The notes under the pieces were generated by a model, which made no database searches, was not told where the DNA came from, and saw nothing but the letters and a program-made list of their open reading frames with translations. Made by a program: the position numbers and the translations under genes. Shown here in pieces: positions 35,234 through 47,030 of a stretch of 64,000 nt of DNA (within the stretch, counting starts at the first letter, position 1; each line of letters opens with the position of its first letter). Where the stretch lies: positions 1,664,001-1,728,000 of the forward strand of contig CBDCDA010000001.1 in the NCBI GenBank assembly GCA_965215335.1. Direction: 5' to 3'. This DNA comes from an uncultured Candidatus Entotheonella sp. (lineage in GTDB: Bacteria; Tectomicrobia; Entotheonellia; Entotheonellales; Entotheonellaceae).

Positions 35234-36214
35234 CTAATCCATCACCAGCATGATCTTGCCGATGTTGCGGTTCTCTTCCATGTACTGGTGCGCCGCGGCG
35301 GCCTCGGCGAGCGGGAATGAGGTGTCGATGAGGGGTTGAAGGCGGCCGCTTTCGAGCTCGGGGAGCCAGCGGCGGCGGAAGCGCTCGGTGATGGCGACCT
35401 TGTTCGCCAGCGGCTGGCTGCGCATTACCGAGCCGATGACCTGCAGGCGCTTGCGCATGATGAGGCCGAGGTCGGCCTCCACCTTGGCGCCGCCCATGAG
35501 GCCGACCAGCACCAGGCGGCCGGCCGTCTTCAGGCATTTCAGGTTGTTCTGCCAGTAGGCGGCGCCGATGAAGTCCTGCACCAGGTCGACGCCGACGCCG
35601 TCGGTCAGATCCAGTACCCGTGCCGCGAAGTCCGTCGTCTTGTAGTTGACGGCCGCCGCGGCGCCCAGCGCCGCGGTGCGCGCCGCCTTTTCATCCGAAC
35701 CCACCGTGACCAGTACCCGCACCCCGGCCTGCCGCGCCATCTGAATGCCGGCCGTTCCCACCCCGCTGGCGCCGGCATGAATGAGCGCCGTTTCCCCCTC
35801 GTCCAGCCGTCCCAGCGTGAACAGCGTCTCGTTGGCGGTGAAGAAGACCTCGGGCACCGCCGCCGCCTTGACGAAGTCCCAGCCGTCCGGGATGGGCATG
35901 GCCAGGCGGTGGTCGATGCAGGCTTTCTCGGCGTAACCGCCGCCGCCGACCAGGCCGAAGACGCGGTCGCCCGGCTTGAAGCCCGGCGCGTTGGCGCCGA
36001 CCACCTCGACCTCGCCGGCGAGTTCCAGGCCGAGGATGTCCGACTCACCGGGCGGCGGCGGGTAATGGCCACGGCGCTGCATGGTATCGGCGCGGTTCAG
36101 CGCGCTGGCCCGCACGCGCACCAGCAATTCGTCGGCGGTGGGGGTAGGCTCGGCGACGTCTTCCAGGCGCAGCACGTCGGGCCCTCCGTATGTCGGGAAG
36201 GTAATCGCTTTCAT
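35234..36214 (-). CDS. NAD(P)H:quinone oxidoreductase, PIG3 family
   Basis: LNRAD..QRRG.YPPP, GLELAG, IHAGASGVGTA, NIGKI. Confidence 0.92.
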   Translation of the reverse strand: MKAITFPTYGGPDVLRLEDVAEPTPTADELLVRVRASALNRADTMQRRGHYPPPPGESDILGLELAGEVEVVGANAPGFKPGDRVFGLVGGGGYAEKACIDHRLAMPIPDGWDFVKAAAVPEVFFTANETLFTLGRLDEGETALIHAGASGVGTAGIQMARQAGVRVLVTVGSDEKAARTAALGAAAAVNYKTTDFAARVLDLTDGVGVDLVQDFIGAAYWQNNLKCLKTAGRLVLVGLMGGAKVEADLGLIMRKRLQVIGSVMRSQPLANKVAITERFRRRWLPELESGRLQPLIDTSFPLAEAAAAHQYMEENRNIGKIMLVMD

Positions 36215-36435
36215 GGTGATGGCTGTCTCCAGACGGCAAGGGGGTCGGATTGGCGGTGAAAGGGTGTCTGCCGGAACCGGCAACCGTGGACCCACGAAGC
36301 TAGCACGCAGGCGCGGAGGGTGTCAATTTGACCGCCGCGCCGGGCGCCGCCGTTTGACGCCCCCAGGCGAGTCGTACTACAATCGCACCCGTTTCCGCGA
36401 CGCCTACTCTCATTTTGACCTCGAAAAGGAACGCC

Positions 36436-37458
36436 ATGACCGACCATCGCCCCCCGGTAGAGAATCTTGCCGCCGAGCGCGTCAACGAGATGAGCCGCAA
36501 CTTCTGGAGCTCGGCGGTTTTGCGCGCGGGGATCAAGCTGGACGTCTTTTCGCTCCTGCGGCATCAAGCCCTGTCGTGCGACGACGTGGCGCGGGCGTGC
36601 GGCGCCAACCGGCGCTTCACGGAGGCCTTTCTGGAGGCGTGCGCGGCGCTGGGGTTGCTCGACAAGCGGGACGGGCGCTATACCGACTCGGCGCAGGCGG
36701 CGGCCTTCCTGGTGCCGGACAAGCCGACCTACGTGGGCGATCTGGTTTTGCACATCACCAACTACTGGCACACCTGGGGCAAGCTGGACCAGCTCATCAA
36801 GGAAGGCCGCACGGAACTGCCGTTCGAGAACGGCTTCGTGGACGCGCCGACGTACTGGACCGACTACATGCGGGGCCAGCACAATCGTGCCACCGCCGGC
36901 CAGGGCGCCTACCTGGTGCAGAGCGTGCCGCTGGATGGCAGGCACAAAATGCTCGATCTCGGGGGCGGCGCGGCCAGTTACAGCATCGCTCTGTGCGCCG
37001 CCAATCCGGAATTGCGCGCCGACGTTGTCGATCAGGTGGAGCCGCTGGCGGTCGCCCGCCCGCTGGTCGAGGCGGCGGGACTGCAGGATCGCATCACCCT
37101 GGTACCGGGCGATTTCAACACGATCGAGCTGGCGAGCGATTACGACGTGGTGCTGATTTCCGGGGTGGTGCTGATCAAATCCGCAGCGGATTGCCGGGCG
37201 GTGTTCCGCCGCGCGCTGGGCGCCCTCGACCCGGGCGGTCTGGTCATCGTGCAGGACTTCATGCGCGTCGACCACAGCGCCGCGCGCAGCTTCCTGGACA
37301 CCATGATGGACATGTACGTGGTGGTGGGCTTCGACCCCGGCGCCGGCGACCGCTTTGGCGACGAGGTGGCGGGCTGGCTGGCCGACGAGGGCTTCGTCAA
37401 CACGCGGCAAATCCCACTGCCCACGCACCTGGCGCTGGTGCTCGCCGACAAGCCGTAG
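36436..37458 (+). CDS. SAM-dependent O-methyltransferase (dimerisation + Methyltransf_2 domains)
   Basis: MLDLGGGAASYS, PGDF, LDPGGLVIVQDF; TTGACG-18-TACAAT promoter-like site at 36354-36383. Confidence 0.88.
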   Translation: MTDHRPPVENLAAERVNEMSRNFWSSAVLRAGIKLDVFSLLRHQALSCDDVARACGANRRFTEAFLEACAALGLLDKRDGRYTDSAQAAAFLVPDKPTYVGDLVLHITNYWHTWGKLDQLIKEGRTELPFENGFVDAPTYWTDYMRGQHNRATAGQGAYLVQSVPLDGRHKMLDLGGGAASYSIALCAANPELRADVVDQVEPLAVARPLVEAAGLQDRITLVPGDFNTIELASDYDVVLISGVVLIKSAADCRAVFRRALGALDPGGLVIVQDFMRVDHSAARSFLDTMMDMYVVVGFDPGAGDRFGDEVAGWLADEGFVNTRQIPLPTHLALVLADKP

Positions 37459-37595
37459 CGGCTGTTCGCAGGGGGGGTCGTTGCAGGCGGGTGACCCATC
37501 TGCGGCTTATTTGGAACCGCGCTGGTTTTTGCTGTAGTATAGCGGCTTCGCACCCTAAATTGTCCGTTCACGACCCCAGACCCACCGTCTACCTT

Positions 37596-38510
<915 letters not shown>

Positions 38511-38514
38511 GACG

Positions 38515-39870
38515 ATGGCGGGACACCCCTTGCCCGGCGGCTCTGCCGCGGCGGAGCCTTCCAGGGCGCCAGCGCCGGACGGGGGCCGTCGGATCTCGCT
38601 GGCCGACATGGGCAAAGAGGCGGGGCTGGCGGCGTTCGTTGCCCTGATGCTGGCGCTGCCCATGGGCGGCTTCAAGACCACGGAAGCCGTCACCGGGCTC
38701 GGCCTCACGTTTCGGCCCTTCTCCGTCCTCGTTGCCGTGGTGTTCGTGTTCGTCGGCCGCATCGTGCTGATCGTGCTGCGCGAGCGCCGCGGCGCGGCGC
38801 CTCGCGGTGACGGTGGGGCGGGTCTGATGGACCGTATCGCGCGCGGCGCCGCGCAGGGCTCGACGAGCATCGGCATCGTCATTCTGACGATGGCGGTTCT
38901 CCTGCCGTTCATGCCGTTTTCCAGCCGCTACCTCATCGACACGGCAACCACCGTGCTCATTTACGTCATGCTCGGCTGGGGGCTGAACATCGTGGTCGGG
39001 CTGGCGGGCCTGCTGGACCTGGGCTACGTGGCCTTCTACGCGGTCGGCGCCTACTCCTACGCCCTGCTGTCCACGGAGTTCGGTTTTTCCTTCTGGCTCT
39101 GCCTGCCCCTGGCCGGCGTGTTCGCCGCCATGGCGGGCGTGCTGCTCGGCTTTCCGGTGCTGCGGCTGCGCGGCGACTATCTGGCCATCGTGACGCTCGG
39201 CTTCGGCGAGATCATCAGGCTCATCCTGCTGAACTGGTACGAGGTCACCAACGGCCCCGACGGCATTTCCCGCATCCCCCGTCCGACCTTCCTCGGTCTG
39301 GAATTCACGCGCCGCCCGGCCGAGGACGTCACGGCGTTTCATCAATACTTCGACATCCCCTATTCCGGCCAGCACCGGGTGATCTTCCTGTACTTTCTCA
39401 TCCTGGGGCTGGCCCTGCTCACCAATGTGTTCACCCAGCGCATTCGCAAGCTGCCCGTCGGGCGCGGCTGGGAGGCGCTGCGCGAGGACGAGATCGCCTG
39501 CCGGTCGCTCGGCATCAACCCGACCAACACCAAGCTGACGGCCTTCGGCCTGGGGGCGCTGTTCGGCGGCTTCGCGGGCGCTTTCTTCGCCACCCGGCAG
39601 GGGTTCGTCAGCCCGGAGAGCTTCACGTTTATCGAGTCGGCCATTATCCTGGCGATCGTCGTGCTGGGCGGCATGGGCAGCCAGCTCGGCGTGGTGCTGG
39701 CGGCGACGCTGCTGACCGTTCTGCCCGAGCTGGGCCGCGAGCTGGCGCAGTTCCGCATGCTGGTGTTCGGCGCCGCCATGGTGGGCATCATGGTGTGGCG
39801 GCCGCGCGGCCTGCTGGCCCACCGCGAGCCGACCCTGCTGCTCTACGGCAAGGGACGAGGTGCGACATGA
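38515..39870 (+). CDS. livM: Branched-chain amino acid ABC permease
   Basis: [46 protein letters not shown]. Confidence 0.95.
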   Translation: MAGHPLPGGSAAAEPSRAPAPDGGRRISLADMGKEAGLAAFVALMLALPMGGFKTTEAVTGLGLTFRPFSVLVAVVFVFVGRIVLIVLRERRGAAPRGDGGAGLMDRIARGAAQGSTSIGIVILTMAVLLPFMPFSSRYLIDTATTVLIYVMLGWGLNIVVGLAGLLDLGYVAFYAVGAYSYALLSTEFGFSFWLCLPLAGVFAAMAGVLLGFPVLRLRGDYLAIVTLGFGEIIRLILLNWYEVTNGPDGISRIPRPTFLGLEFTRRPAEDVTAFHQYFDIPYSGQHRVIFLYFLILGLALLTNVFTQRIRKLPVGRGWEALREDEIACRSLGINPTNTKLTAFGLGALFGGFAGAFFATRQGFVSPESFTFIESAIILAIVVLGGMGSQLGVVLAATLLTVLPELGRELAQFRMLVFGAAMVGIMVWRPRGLLAHREPTLLLYGKGRGAT

Positions 39871-40769
39871 CACAAGCGGCGAGCCGTGCGGCGGCAGATA
39901 ACGGCGTGTTGCTGACCGTTGAGCACATGACCATGCGCTTCGGCGGGATCGTGGCCATCGACGACCTTTCCTTCGTGGCCAGGAAGGGGGAAATCACCGC
40001 CATCATCGGCCCGAACGGGGCCGGCAAGACGACGGTATTCAACTGCCTGACCGGCTTCTACAAGCCCACCGTTGGGCGTATCGCCCTGCATCACCCCAGC
40101 GGCACGATGCTGCTGGAACGCATGGAAGGGTTCCGCATCGCGCAGCGCGGCGGCGTGGCGCGGACGTTTCAGAACATCCGGCTGTTCGGCCGCATGACCG
40201 TTCTGGAAAACCTGATCGTGGCGCAGCACAACGCCCTCATGCGGGCCTCGGCGTTTACGGTCGCCGGTCTGCTGGGGCTGCCGCGCTACCGCCACGCCGA
40301 GCAGCGGGCCATCGCCAAGGCGCGCGAGTGGCTGGACAAGGTGCAGCTTGTGGATTTCGCCGATTGGGAGGCCGGCAACCTGCCCTACGGCGCCCAGCGC
40401 AAGCTCGAAATCGCCCGCTGCATGTGCAACGACCCGCTGCTGCTTTGTCTCGACGAGCCCGCCGCCGGCCTCAACCCGCGCGAATCCGCGGCGTTGAACG
40501 CGATGCTGCGCAGCATCCGCGACGAGCAAGGCATCGGCCTGCTGCTCATCGAGCACGACATGAACGTGGTCATGGGCATCTCGGACCACATCGTGGTGCT
40601 CGATTACGGGCGCAAGATCGCCGACGGCACCCCGACCGAGGTGCGTCATGACCCGGCGGTCATCCGGGCCTATCTCGGGGAGGAAGAAGAGGGCGATCTG
40701 CCGCCCGTGCTCAGCGATACCATGCAGGGGCAGCCGGAAGGAACGGATGACGACACAGGAACGGCATGA
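39867..40769 (+). CDS. livG: Branched-chain amino acid ABC ATPase
   Basis: [33 protein letters not shown]. Confidence 0.95.
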   Translation: MTQAASRAAADNGVLLTVEHMTMRFGGIVAIDDLSFVARKGEITAIIGPNGAGKTTVFNCLTGFYKPTVGRIALHHPSGTMLLERMEGFRIAQRGGVARTFQNIRLFGRMTVLENLIVAQHNALMRASAFTVAGLLGLPRYRHAEQRAIAKAREWLDKVQLVDFADWEAGNLPYGAQRKLEIARCMCNDPLLLCLDEPAAGLNPRESAALNAMLRSIRDEQGIGLLLIEHDMNVVMGISDHIVVLDYGRKIADGTPTEVRHDPAVIRAYLGEEEEGDLPPVLSDTMQGQPEGTDDDTGTA

Positions 40770-41488
40770 TGCTCACTATTCAGGGCGTGCATACCTTTTA
40801 CGGCCAGATCGAGGCGCTGAAGGGCGTTGACATCGAGGTGCAAGAGGGCGAGATCGTCACCCTCATCGGGGCCAACGGGGCCGGCAAGTCCACGCTGCTG
40901 ATGACCATCTGCGGCAACCCGCGCGCCGCCAGCGGGCGCATCTATTTCGACAACCAGGACATCACCGGTCTGCCGACGCACGACATCATTCATCGTGGCG
41001 TTGCCCAGGCCCCGGAAGGGCGGCGCATCTTTCCGCGCATGACGGTCATCGAAAACCTGCGCATGGGCGCCCTGTCCACCGACGACGCCTACTTCGACGA
41101 CGACATGGCGAGCGTTTTCGCCCTTTTCCCGCTGCTGCGGGAAAGGCGCAACCAGCGCGGCGGCACGCTTTCCGGTGGCGAGCAGCAGATGCTCGCCATC
41201 GGCCGCGCCCTGATGAGCCGCCCGAAGCTCCTGCTGCTCGACGAGCCGTCGCTCGGCCTCGCCCCGATGATCGTCAAGCAGCTTTTCGCGGTCATCAAGG
41301 AGATCAACGAGCAGCAGGGCGTGACCATTTTCCTGGTCGAGCAAAACGCCTATCACGCCCTGCGGCTGGCGCACCGGGGCTACGTCATGGCCACGGGCGA
41401 GGTCATCATGGCCGGAACCGGGGCCGAGTTGCTTGCCAATCCGAGGATTCATGCCGCCTATCTGGAAGGTGGGCATCAGGGGGTATGA
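40766..41488 (+). CDS. livF: Branched-chain amino acid ABC ATPase
   Basis: GANGAGKST, PEGRRIF, LSGGEQQM, LDEPSLGLAP, VEQNA. Confidence 0.95.
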   Translation: MMLTIQGVHTFYGQIEALKGVDIEVQEGEIVTLIGANGAGKSTLLMTICGNPRAASGRIYFDNQDITGLPTHDIIHRGVAQAPEGRRIFPRMTVIENLRMGALSTDDAYFDDDMASVFALFPLLRERRNQRGGTLSGGEQQMLAIGRALMSRPKLLLLDEPSLGLAPMIVKQLFAVIKEINEQQGVTIFLVEQNAYHALRLAHRGYVMATGEVIMAGTGAELLANPRIHAAYLEGGHQGV

Positions 41489-41492
41489 GGCT

Positions 41493-41846
41493 TTGGCAGA
41501 CATCCTGGGGTCATCGCTTGGCGTTTTCATTGGTCTGAATGTTATACTGTTCGGCATCGCTTCATGGATGACCGGGCGGGCCCTCGCCGAGACCTGGAAA
41601 TCGCTGTGGTCAGCCCTTCCCTATGGCCTCCTGCTGGGCTTTGGATCGCGGTTTCTCACCTACGCCCTTTTCGAGGGAGATTTCCTGTCGGCACGCGGAT
41701 ACGCCATTTCCATCGCCGTGCTGTGGTTCATCATGTTCATCGCTTACCGACTCAATCGGGCACGGTTGATGATTCAGCAATATCCCTGGATGTACGAACG
41801 CCGCTGGCTGTTCGCCTGGCGGGCGAAAACGCCGGGCGCAGCCTGA
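41493..41846 (+). CDS. Small membrane protein within the liv operon (DUF6867-like); start uncertain
   Basis: Hydrophobic; WMTGRALAETW, RFLTYALF, QYPWMYER; probable TTG start. Confidence 0.75.
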   Translation: MADILGSSLGVFIGLNVILFGIASWMTGRALAETWKSLWSALPYGLLLGFGSRFLTYALFEGDFLSARGYAISIAVLWFIMFIAYRLNRARLMIQQYPWMYERRWLFAWRAKTPGAA

Positions 41847-41900
41847 TGCTTGTGGGGCGGCCCTCATATACCTGACATACCCGCGGAACATAAGGAGAAG

Positions 41901-43010
41901 ATGTCGATGCGCAGACTTACCGTAACCGTAATGGCCCTGATAGCGGCTTTGGCTCTGGGCGCCTCGACGGCCCAGGCGGAAATCGTGATCGCCACCGCCG
42001 GCCCCCTGACCGGCCAGTATGCCTCGTTCGGCGAGCAGATGAAGGCGGGCGCCGAGATGGCCGTCCAGGACCTCAACGCCGCGGGTGGCGTGCTGGGGCA
42101 GCAGTTGCGACTGGAGCTCGGCGACGACGCCTGCGACCCCAAGCAGGCGGTGGCCGTGGCCAATCAGATGGTGAACAAGGGCGTGGTGTTCATGGCCGGG
42201 CATTTCTGCTCCGGTTCGTCCATCCCGGCTTCCGCAGTGTACGACGAGGAAGGCATCGTGCAGATTTCGCCGGCGTCGACCAATCCGAAGCTCACCGACG
42301 AAGGCGGTCCGGGTACCTATCGTGTCTGCGGTCGGGACGACCAGCAGGGCATAGTGGCGGGGGATTACATTGCGGACAACTTCCCCGGTACCAGGGTCGC
42401 CCTCCTGCACGACAAGACCGCCTACGGCAAGGGGCTGACCGATGAAACCCGCATGCAGTTGCACAAACGCGGTGTCGAGGAAGCCATGTACGAAGCCTAC
42501 ACCGCCGGGGAGAAGGACTACGCGGCCCTGGTGTCGAAGATGAAGGCCGACAACATCGACGTTATCTACGTCGGCGGCTACCACACCGAGGCCGGGCTGA
42601 TTCTGCGCCAGGCGCGTGACCGTGGGCTGCAAGCGCAGTTGATCTCCGGCGATGCCCTGGTGACCCAGGAGTACTGGCAAATCACCGGCAGCATCGGCGA
42701 AGGCACGCTGATGACCTTCAGCCCCGACCCGCGCAAGAACCCCGACGCGGCGCCCATCGTGAAGCGTTTCCGCGACGCCGGCATCGAGCCGGAAGGCTAT
42801 GTGCTGTACACCTACGGCGCCATCCAGGCGTGGGCGCAGGCGGCCGGGAAGGCCGGCTCGATCGACTTCGACAAGGTGGTCGAGTCGCTCAATACCAACC
42901 AGTTTTCGACCGTCCTCGGCGACATCGGCTTCGACGAAAAGGGCGACGTCACCGCGCCGGGTTACGTCTTCTACGTCTGGAGCAACGGCTCCTACGATTA
43001 CGTCCGGTAA
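41901..43010 (+). CDS. livK: Branched-chain amino acid binding protein
   Basis: Signal peptide, AGPLTG, DDACDPKQAV, GHFCSGSSIP, CGRDDQQG. Confidence 0.95.
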   Translation: MSMRRLTVTVMALIAALALGASTAQAEIVIATAGPLTGQYASFGEQMKAGAEMAVQDLNAAGGVLGQQLRLELGDDACDPKQAVAVANQMVNKGVVFMAGHFCSGSSIPASAVYDEEGIVQISPASTNPKLTDEGGPGTYRVCGRDDQQGIVAGDYIADNFPGTRVALLHDKTAYGKGLTDETRMQLHKRGVEEAMYEAYTAGEKDYAALVSKMKADNIDVIYVGGYHTEAGLILRQARDRGLQAQLISGDALVTQEYWQITGSIGEGTLMTFSPDPRKNPDAAPIVKRFRDAGIEPEGYVLYTYGAIQAWAQAAGKAGSIDFDKVVESLNTNQFSTVLGDIGFDEKGDVTAPGYVFYVWSNGSYDYVR

Positions 43011-43234
43011 GGGCCCCGCCCCGGACGGGCGTGAAGGGCTTCCTGCACGGACTGCCTGGAGCGCCCGCAGCGCCTCCTGCATCAATCGGAAACCTACTTT
43101 TCCCTTTGGCGCAAGATGGGGTCAGCCAGCGGTTGACCGGCGCCCCTCGCTAGGCTATGGTTACGGCGTCTTCAGAGCACTGCGCAGGACCATACCCTGA
43201 CACGGAATCATGTGTGTTCGACGGAGAGAGCACG

Positions 43235-44338
43235 ATGGTGAAAGGCTTTACACTGCCCGGGTCGCAACAGAAAGGCGCGCTCGCGGGGGCGAAGATCGAC
43301 GACCAGATCTTCCTCACCCGTGCCGATGAGCTCGCCAAATGGGCACGCAGTTACCGGGTGGCCCGCCTGATGAAGCTCCTGGGGGTGACCTGGCTGTTCA
43401 GCTGGGCGCGGCTCTCCTCCTTGTGGCCGATGACCTTTGGCCTCGCCTGCTGCGCCATTGAAATGATGGCGACCATGGGACCGCGCTACGATCTGGACCG
43501 CCTCGGCGCCGGCGCGTTCCGGGCTTCACCCCGCCAGTCGGACGTGATGATCGTTGCGGGCACCGTGACGCTGAAGATGGCCAGTCGTATCAAACGCCTG
43601 TACGCGCAGATGCCGGAACCCAAGTTCGTCATCTCCATGGGCGCCTGCGCCAGCGCCGGCGGCCCCTACTGGGATCACGGTTATCACGTGCTCAAGGGGG
43701 TCGACAAGGTGGTGCCGGTGGACGTGTACATCCCCGGCTGCCCGCCGCGTCCCGAGGCACTGCTGGAGGCGTTCGTCAAGCTTCAGGACAAAATTCGTCA
43801 CGGCGCCATGTACCAGATTCCCAAAGAACCCGAGACGTTGATCCGCCCCGCTCCGCAGCTGGCCGCCAAGGCAGCAGCCAAGGTCGCCAAGGCCGCACCC
43901 GCGCAGGCCGCCCCGAAAAGAGCCGCACCCGCAAAGGCTGCCGCTCCGGCAGCGGCGCCGGCCGCCGTGGAGGACGAGGTGCCGGCCGAACTGATGAACC
44001 GGCCCTTCAAGGAACTCAGCAAGGAAGAACGGGTCTTGGTAGCGCGCGCCCGTTCGCGGGCCATGCGCGCCAAGGCCGGCGTGCCGGTGGCCGGCCAGGC
44101 TGAAAGCCCCGCTGAACCCGCGGCCCCGGCAGCCACAGCAATGCCCGAACCCGCGGCGGCGGAAGAGGCGCCCACCGTTGCCGCCGCTGCCAGTGCGGAC
44201 GCCGACGGCGACGATCCCATGGCAGAGGTGCCGCCGGAGTTGCTCAGCCGTCCGTTCAAGGAACTCAGCAAGGAAGAGCGCGTCATCGTGGCGCGCGCCC
44301 GCTCGCGGGCCGTGCGCGCCAAGGCTGGAAACTCCTAG
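43235..44338 (+). CDS. nuoB: NADH-quinone oxidoreductase subunit B with repeat-bearing C-terminal extension
   Basis: [44 protein letters not shown]. Confidence 0.93.
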   Translation: MVKGFTLPGSQQKGALAGAKIDDQIFLTRADELAKWARSYRVARLMKLLGVTWLFSWARLSSLWPMTFGLACCAIEMMATMGPRYDLDRLGAGAFRASPRQSDVMIVAGTVTLKMASRIKRLYAQMPEPKFVISMGACASAGGPYWDHGYHVLKGVDKVVPVDVYIPGCPPRPEALLEAFVKLQDKIRHGAMYQIPKEPETLIRPAPQLAAKAAAKVAKAAPAQAAPKRAAPAKAAAPAAAPAAVEDEVPAELMNRPFKELSKEERVLVARARSRAMRAKAGVPVAGQAESPAEPAAPAATAMPEPAAAEEAPTVAAAASADADGDDPMAEVPPELLSRPFKELSKEERVIVARARSRAVRAKAGNS

Positions 44339-44371
44339 ACTTGCCCCCTTACCTTAAAGGAACCCGTCAGC

Positions 44372-44917
44372 ATGACCCCCGAGGCGATCCACGACGCCCT
44401 TCAACAGCGCTTTGGAGAAGCTATTACGGCCTTTGATGCCGATGCCATCGACCCGACGGTAACGGTCGCGGCGTCCGCCATCCACGACGTTGGCGCTTAT
44501 CTGCGCAGCGAGCCGGGCCTGCTGTTCGACTCGCTCATGTGCTTGAGCGGCGTGGATTACGGCGAGGAGAAGAGCAGCCTCGGCGTCGTCTATCACCTGC
44601 ACTCGACCGCGCTCCGGCACGCTGTCACCCTGCGCGTGGAGGTGCCGCGGCAGGACGGCGTGGTGCCGACGGTATGCGACATCTGGCGCACCGCCGAGTG
44701 GCATGAGCGGGAGGCGTTCGACCTCTTCGGCATGCGCTTCGGCCAGCACCCTGACCACCGCCGCATCCTGCTGCCGGACGACTGGGAGGGCCACCCGCTG
44801 CGCAAGGATTACCAGGTCCAAGCGTTTTACCAGGGCATTCCGGTTCCTTACGAGGGCGACCCGCCGGAGATCGGCATGGACGTGTATCGCTTTCAGGACC
44901 GCGAGGACCCCGCCTGA
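44372..44917 (+). CDS. nuoC: NADH-quinone oxidoreductase subunit C
   Basis: SGVDY, WHEREAFDLFG..F..HPD.RRILL..DWEGHPLRKDY. Confidence 0.93.
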   Translation: MTPEAIHDALQQRFGEAITAFDADAIDPTVTVAASAIHDVGAYLRSEPGLLFDSLMCLSGVDYGEEKSSLGVVYHLHSTALRHAVTLRVEVPRQDGVVPTVCDIWRTAEWHEREAFDLFGMRFGQHPDHRRILLPDDWEGHPLRKDYQVQAFYQGIPVPYEGDPPEIGMDVYRFQDREDPA

Positions 44918-44937
44918 ACGTAAGGATTCAATAACCC

Positions 44938-45483
44938 GTGCTGCAATACTTTCGGAACATCTGGGAAGGCTTCTGGACGCCCTTGGTGGGATTGAGCATG
45001 ACGTGGCGCAAGCTGTTCGTCCCTGCCGTCACCATGCAATACCCGGAGGAGCGCTGGGAACTGCCGAAAAACTCACGCATGCAGCTGTTCGTGAATATGG
45101 ACGACTGCATCGGTTGCCTGCAGTGCGAGCGCGCCTGTCCGGTGCAGTGCATCAGCATCGACACCGTCAAGGCCATCCCCGACGAGGTCGAGGAGACCAC
45201 CACCGGGCACAAGAAGCGCCTGCACGTCACCAAGTTCGACATCGACATGGTCAAGTGCTTCTACTGCGACCTGTGCACCTTCCCCTGCCCCACCGAGTGC
45301 ATCTACATGACCCCGAGTTTCGAGGATTCCTCGCCGGACCGCTACGGCCTGGTTTATCATTTCGTCAACATGACGTCGCAGCGCGCCGCCGAGCTGGAAG
45401 AAAAAGCCCGCCAGTTCGACGTGGCGGAAGCAGCCAGGAAAGAGGCGAAGGCGTCCGCGCAATCCGCGACCGCAACGGCCTGA
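44938..45483 (+). CDS. nuoI: NADH-quinone oxidoreductase subunit I (2x 4Fe-4S)
   Basis: VTMQYPEE, CIGCLQCERACP, CFYCDLCTFPCP; GTG start. Confidence 0.9.
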   Translation: MLQYFRNIWEGFWTPLVGLSMTWRKLFVPAVTMQYPEERWELPKNSRMQLFVNMDDCIGCLQCERACPVQCISIDTVKAIPDEVEETTTGHKKRLHVTKFDIDMVKCFYCDLCTFPCPTECIYMTPSFEDSSPDRYGLVYHFVNMTSQRAAELEEKARQFDVAEAARKEAKASAQSATATA

Positions 45484-45502
45484 TCTCGAGCAGGAACCCA
45501 AC

Positions 45503-46672
45503 ATGTGCGCAACGGCACGACAAACCGCTGGCGATGAGTTTCGCATCCGTTACGAGCGGCAGGGCGACGACCTGATCCTGCAGATGGGACCGCAGCATCC
45601 GAGCACGCACGGCGTGCTGCGGCTCGAAATCGTCACGGACGGGGAGTTGGTGAAACATATTACGCCGCACCTCGGTTACCTGCACCGCTGTTTCGAGAAG
45701 CACGCCGAAAAGATGACGTATCCGCAGGTGATTCCGTACGCCGATCGCATGGACTACCTGAGCGCCATGAATCAGGAACTGGCCTACGTGCTGGCGGTGG
45801 AAAAGCTCCTGGGGATCGAGGAATTCCCGGACCGCCTGGAATACATCCGCGTGCTCATGGCCGAGCTGCAGCGCATCGCCAGTCATTTGCTGGCCATCGG
45901 CACGTACGGTCTGGACATCGGCGCCATGACGCCTTTCTTCTGGTGTGTCCGCGACCGCGAAAAAATCCTCGACCTGTTCGAATGGGCGAGCGGCGCCCGC
46001 CTGCTCTACAACTACCTGTGGATCGGCGGCGTGGCGCACGACCTGCCGGCAGGGTACACCGACAAGGTGATGGAATTCGTTACCTACTTCGAGCCGCGCG
46101 TGCAGGAACTGAACGATCTGCTGTCGTCGAACAAGATCTTCATCGAACGCGCCGCTGCGATCGGCGTCCTGACGGCGGAAGACGCCATCAGTTACGGCAT
46201 CGGCGGTCCGAATCTGCGCGGCAGCGGCGTCAAATGGGACCTGCGCAAGGAAGAGCCCTACGGGATTTACGAGCGCTTCGATTTCGACGTGCCGGTGGGA
46301 ACGGGCGAGTTCGGCGTCCTGGGCTCGGCCTGGGATCGCTATATCGTGCGGGTGCGCGAGATGCTGGAGTCGCTGAAAATCATCCGCCAGGTCGTCGACC
46401 AGATGCCGGGTGGCGACCCCAACGAGGCCATGCCGCGGCGCATTCGCCCGGCGAAGGGCGAGGCGTACCTGCGCACCGAATCGCCGCGCGGCGAGCTGGG
46501 CTTCTACCTGGTCAGCGACGGCACCGAGAAACCCTACCGCTGCAAGGCGCGCTCGCCGTGCTTCACCGCCATCAGCGCCCTGAACGCCATGAACCACGGC
46601 GGTATGCTGATCGCCGACGCCGTCGCGGTGGTCGGCAGCCTGGATATCGTGCTGGGCGAGATCGATCGGTAG
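45503..46672 (+). CDS. nuoD: NADH-quinone oxidoreductase subunit D
   Basis: MGPQHPSTHGVLRL, GYLHR, DRMDY, ESPRGE, LDIVLGEIDR; no NiFe CxxC motifs. Confidence 0.95.
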   Translation: MCATARQTAGDEFRIRYERQGDDLILQMGPQHPSTHGVLRLEIVTDGELVKHITPHLGYLHRCFEKHAEKMTYPQVIPYADRMDYLSAMNQELAYVLAVEKLLGIEEFPDRLEYIRVLMAELQRIASHLLAIGTYGLDIGAMTPFFWCVRDREKILDLFEWASGARLLYNYLWIGGVAHDLPAGYTDKVMEFVTYFEPRVQELNDLLSSNKIFIERAAAIGVLTAEDAISYGIGGPNLRGSGVKWDLRKEEPYGIYERFDFDVPVGTGEFGVLGSAWDRYIVRVREMLESLKIIRQVVDQMPGGDPNEAMPRRIRPAKGEAYLRTESPRGELGFYLVSDGTEKPYRCKARSPCFTAISALNAMNHGGMLIADAVAVVGSLDIVLGEIDR

Positions 46673-46789
46673 CCCAGGTTTATCCACACCCCTTCTCCGA
46701 ACGCCGATTTGTGTCGCGCGACCCTGCCATTTTGGCACCTCTTGTTGATGCCCTTGCCGGCATAATGCCCGCTCTGATTGTTTTGCGGG

Positions 46790-47030
46790 CCAGCATGACA
46801 GAGGGCATTGCGAAGTTGGTGGATAGTGGATAACGGCCTCGAGGATGCCGATACAATTGGCATCCTCGAGGCGCTGCCGCTCGCGGTTCTTGACGTCAAT
46901 GTCGCCCGGGCCCGGCAGTCGCGACTGTTGCGCCGTCAAACGCGTGAACACGGCCTGTCGCTCGGCGACCGTGCCTGTTTGGCTTTGGCGGTGTCGCCTG
47001 GATGGATCTGGACTTGGATATCGAGGTCAT
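46790..47030 (+). pseudogene. VapC/PIN toxin remnant
   Basis: TREHGLSLGDRACLALA motif; N-terminus broken. Confidence 0.6.

Noticed and set aside
43235..46672. Group 4 [NiFe]-hydrogenase
   Set aside because: The large subunit lacks both CxxC Ni-binding motifs and ends in the NuoD-type GEIDR.
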